From NCBI GenBank assembly GCA_028821145.1, contig JAPPHC010000021.1:366-64365 (forward strand): DNA of 64,000 nucleotides. The letters are read 5' to 3'. This stretch comes from Gammaproteobacteria bacterium (GTDB lineage Bacteria > Pseudomonadota > Gammaproteobacteria > Steroidobacterales > Foliamicaceae). A program made the translations under genes and the position numbers. The notes beneath the pieces are model-generated. The model searched no databases, was not told where the DNA came from, and saw nothing but the letters and a program-made list of their open reading frames with translations. Shown here piece after piece: positions 60,841 to 64,000 of this stretch (its first letter is position 1; every line of letters begins with the position of its first letter).

Positions 60841-62398
60841 TTCCCCCTTTGCGTGGAGCGTCGGCGGCAGGACAGCCGCCGCCGAGCCCCATGGACGGGT
60901 TCATGCGTCTCCACGCAAAGGGGGAATCAAGCACGGGCGAGGGACCACGAGAACGCTGTGGCGCGGCGGTGCGGCTTTCGGGCTGATGCTGGTCATGGCC
61001 GGTTGCGCCGAGGAACCGGCGCCCGAACCGCAGGCCTACGACCAGGCGCCCGTGGAGCTTCGCGACATCCGCGTGTTCGTGGAGGCCGCCGGCGCGGTCG
61101 AACCGCTGCGCACCGTCGAACTGAAATCCAAGGCTTCCGGCGAGATACTCGCAATCAACGCCGAGAACGGCGACCCGGTTGAGCGTTCGGCCCTGCTGGT
61201 GCGGATCGACAAGCGCATCCCCACCAACAACCTGGCCCAGGCCGAGGCGGCGCTGAAAGCCGCCGAGTCGCGCCAGTCCATCGCCAAGTTGCAGATGGAG
61301 CGGGCGGAGAGGCTGGTGGCCGACAACACCATCACCGACAGCGAGTTCGAAGAGACGGCGCTGGCGCTCTCGGAAGCCGAGGCGCAACTGGTTCGCGCCC
61401 GCGTGGACGTGGAAAACGCCCACATCGCGCTGGACGACACCGACGTGCTGGCGCCGATCGACGGAACCATCATCGAGCGCAATGTCGAGCCCGGACAGGT
61501 CATTTCATCGCCCACCCAGGACGTGGGGGGCGGCACATTGCTGTTGCGCATGGCCGATCTGGGCCGGGTCCTGGTGCGCACCCGCGTGGACGAGACCGAC
61601 ATCGGCAAGATCAATGCCGGAATGCAGGCGCAGGTCAGGGTGGCGGCCTATCCCGCCCGCGAATTCACCGGTTACGTGGAGAAGATCGAGCCGCTGGCCG
61701 TAGTCGAACAGAACGTCACGATGTTCTCGGTCCTGATCCTGCTCGACAACCCCGACTCGCTGCTGCTGCCGGGCATGAACGCCGAGGTTCAGATCAAGAT
61801 CGCCGAGGAACTCGAAGCGCCCGCCGTGCCGATGGCGGCGCTGCGCACGATCGACGACATCGAGGCGACGGCGCACATGCTGAACTGGCCTTACAGCAAT
61901 CTTCACGACGCGGTCATGAAGGAGCGGGAAGAGACCGGCGACGGCGGGCAGGCGGATCCGGCGGCAACCTCTGGATTCGATTCCGGGGATTTCGCGCGCC
62001 AGCAGAATCGGACCGGGCAGCGCCCGCAGCTCAGCCCCGAACAGCGCCAGGCCATGCGCAGGGCCATGGGCGACGCGATGCGCAATCAGCCGCGGCGCGT
62101 GGGACGGCCCTGGACCGGCGGCGCGAGACCGGGCGGCGGTCCCGGACGCCGCTTCCTGCAGCAGGGGCCGGATTACGACTTCAGGGCGGAATACTGGGTG
62201 CTGGTCATGCGCGACGACGGACCGGCGCCGGCCTGGGTTCGCACGGGCCTGAGCGACTTCGAGTACTCGGTCGTGCTCGCGGGACTCGAGGAGAACGACG
62301 AGGTGCTGCTGCTGCCCAGCGCGGGACTCTACGAATCGCAGTCCAACCTGCGCAACTGGATGCGCCGACGCGCCGGCGGCCTCCCCGGCATCGGCTAG
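60824..62398 (+). CDS. Periplasmic adaptor (MacA-like) lipoprotein
   Basis: Lipobox MAGC; VELKSKASG, APIDGTI, VDETDIG, LLPGMNA; GTG 60824 start inferred. Confidence 0.88.
   Translation: MKPVLDSPFAWSVGGRTAAAEPHGRVHASPRKGGIKHGRGTTRTLWRGGAAFGLMLVMAGCAEEPAPEPQAYDQAPVELRDIRVFVEAAGAVEPLRTVELKSKASGEILAINAENGDPVERSALLVRIDKRIPTNNLAQAEAALKAAESRQSIAKLQMERAERLVADNTITDSEFEETALALSEAEAQLVRARVDVENAHIALDDTDVLAPIDGTIIERNVEPGQVISSPTQDVGGGTLLLRMADLGRVLVRTRVDETDIGKINAGMQAQVRVAAYPAREFTGYVEKIEPLAVVEQNVTMFSVLILLDNPDSLLLPGMNAEVQIKIAEELEAPAVPMAALRTIDDIEATAHMLNWPYSNLHDAVMKEREETGDGGQADPAATSGFDSGDFARQQNRTGQRPQLSPEQRQAMRRAMGDAMRNQPRRVGRPWTGGARPGGGPGRRFLQQGPDYDFRAEYWVLVMRDDGPAPAWVRTGLSDFEYSVVLAGLEENDEVLLLPSAGLYESQSNLRNWMRRRAGGLPGIG
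60829..60938 (+). repeat. Palindromic element copy 6 (type A core), at the ATPase/adaptor junction
   Basis: Perfect 30-bp arms GCCCGTGCTTGATTCCCCCTTTGCGTGGAG (60829-60858 / 60909-60938); core CGTCGGCGGCAGGACAGCCGCCGCCGAGCCCCATGGACGGGTTCATGCGT. Confidence 0.92.
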
Positions 62399-63924
62399 AG
62401 GTATTCGAGGATCTCGATCGCGGCGCGTTCGCCGGACTCCATTGCGCCCTCCATGCCGCGATTCAGTTGCGCGGTGTGTTCACCGGCGAAGTGAATACGG
62501 CCATGCGGCTCGGCGATCGTTCGGGCGAACGCTGTGATCTGACCGGGCTTCCAGTAGGCGTAGGCTCCACCGGCATACGGGTTGTTTGACCATTTCCACA
62601 GGTAGATCGGCTCCAGCGCGTCCTTGAGTGACGGACGCAGCCGGAACAGCTCCGCCGTCACCTCGGCGATCGCGGCTTCCTCGTCCATGTGAGCGAGTTT
62701 CAATGCGAAATGGCCGTTGACATAGGCCAGGCAACTGGTGACCGAGTCGGGACTGCCCGGGTCGTTCTTCAGCGCCATGAACCGTCCGGGCAGCGCGTCC
62801 GTCCACATGCTCGGAGCCATTCCGTCCTGTTCCCAGTAGGGTTGCTTCACCGCGTAGTGGATCTGCGTGCACGGAGTATAGCCGAGGTTGTCGATCGCGG
62901 CCCTCTGTACGGCCGGCGGCTCGGGATCGAGCGCGATCCTCCGCAGCGCCGAGAAAGGCATGGCGATGATCGCGCGCGCGGCATGAAGCCGGCGCCCGTC
63001 CTCCAGGCTGACCCGCACCCGGCCGCCCTCGTCGGCAATCGCCGCAACGGGGCTGTTCAGCAGCACATCGCCGGTCAGATTGCGCGCCATCGCCTCCGGA
63101 ATCCGCTGGTTCCCGCCCTTGGCGGCCCCGCCCTGGCCCGGCCAGTTGGCCTGATGGATCGCGAAACTGATCGTGTGAAACATCATCAGGGCGGACAGGT
63201 CGTGATGATCGGTTCCGTAACTCGAATTGTGTCCCACTCCCAGTTCGACGCCGGCTTCAGTCAGGCCCGCTTCCGTGAGCACTTCGCCGACCGGCCGGTC
63301 CCATGCGGCGAATTCCGGCCGCCGCCAGGCGCCCAGGTCCGCTTCCGGATACGGGTTCAGCTCGGCATAGACCTGGTAGGGCGGTCGCGACGGCATCATT
63401 TGCCGGGCCCAGTCCTGCCGGTACGGATTGAGCGCATGACCGGGCCAGTCGTCCTCGCTGATCAACTGGCCCTTGACGCAGTACAGCATCTCGCCCTCGC
63501 GGGGCTCGGTGCGCGGGCGCACGGGCCCGATCTCGACGCCGTACTGACTGGCCGCGTTCAGCAGCCTCGCATAACCGCCACCCATTCCGCTTGCACCCAG
63601 TTCCGGATGCCCGGGGACGATGTTGTCGGCAACGGTATGGAGCCGGCCGCCGAAACGCGACGTCGCCTCCACTACCATCACGCTTACGCCCAGCTCTTCA
63701 AGCAGCAGCGCCGCGTTCAGGCCGGCCAGGCCGGCTCCGATCACGATCACTTCCGCATCGAGGCCAGCGCCCGTCTGTGCGCCCCGCAAGGCGCGCGGCA
63801 GCATCCACGAGCCGGCCAGGGCCGTTCCACCGGCCAGAAAACGCCGGCGCGTAGAGCGCCCGACGATCTGTTGCCCTGCCTTATTCATTATGGGCCTCGT
63901 GATCCGCTTTTGAGTTTGCATCAT
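62395..63924 (-). CDS. Tat-exported flavin amine oxidase (monoamine/L-amino-acid oxidase family)
   Basis: TRRRFL; VIGAGLAGL, GGRLHT, ELGA, FAGEHT, MEGAMESG; exact start uncertain. Confidence 0.9.
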   Translation of the reverse strand: MMQTQKRITRPIMNKAGQQIVGRSTRRRFLAGGTALAGSWMLPRALRGAQTGAGLDAEVIVIGAGLAGLNAALLLEELGVSVMVVEATSRFGGRLHTVADNIVPGHPELGASGMGGGYARLLNAASQYGVEIGPVRPRTEPREGEMLYCVKGQLISEDDWPGHALNPYRQDWARQMMPSRPPYQVYAELNPYPEADLGAWRRPEFAAWDRPVGEVLTEAGLTEAGVELGVGHNSSYGTDHHDLSALMMFHTISFAIHQANWPGQGGAAKGGNQRIPEAMARNLTGDVLLNSPVAAIADEGGRVRVSLEDGRRLHAARAIIAMPFSALRRIALDPEPPAVQRAAIDNLGYTPCTQIHYAVKQPYWEQDGMAPSMWTDALPGRFMALKNDPGSPDSVTSCLAYVNGHFALKLAHMDEEAAIAEVTAELFRLRPSLKDALEPIYLWKWSNNPYAGGAYAYWKPGQITAFARTIAEPHGRIHFAGEHTAQLNRGMEGAMESGERAAIEILEYL

Positions 63925-63980
63925 AGACGGACACGAATCCAGAGCGTTCAGTTATATTTCCCACAGGATCGCTTTACGCC

Positions 63981-64000
63981 GGAGGAGGCGAATGCCTGAT
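63981..64000 (+). other. Probable start of a divergent gene at the window edge
   Basis: GGAGGAGG followed by ATG at 63992. Confidence 0.35.

Overview
A 64-kb high-GC window from what looks like a gammaproteobacterium (gene order of lptD-surA-pdxA-ksgA, mreBCD-mrdA-rodA-mltB-rlpA-dacA-lipB, gatCAB, lgt-thyA). The left ~21 kb is accessory: PhoD, a two-domain NylB/AmpC-type hydrolase, a TonB receptor, a TctABC transporter, an otnK-otnC four-carbon acid-sugar pathway with unusual entry enzymes, a Phd-VapC module and a Ytr-like ABC operon. The middle holds an EF-G paralog and a ~10-kb ECF sigma/anti-sigma-led operon encoding an exported ferrochelatase-fold protein, a MacAB-type exporter and cytochrome c'. 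The most striking non-gene signal is a family of six ~100-110-bp palindromic elements. Each has 29-30-bp arms that differ between copies yet stay self-complementary, around a conserved core of two covarying hairpins with A(N)GGA loops (CsrA/RsmA-site-like). Three copies lie between convergent genes. Three lie in open reading frames: a hydrolase linker, and the apparent signal-peptide n-regions of SurA and a membrane-fusion protein. A second, GGAG-type REP family is also present. No rRNA, tRNA, CRISPR array or transposase was recognised. All alignments were done by eye.
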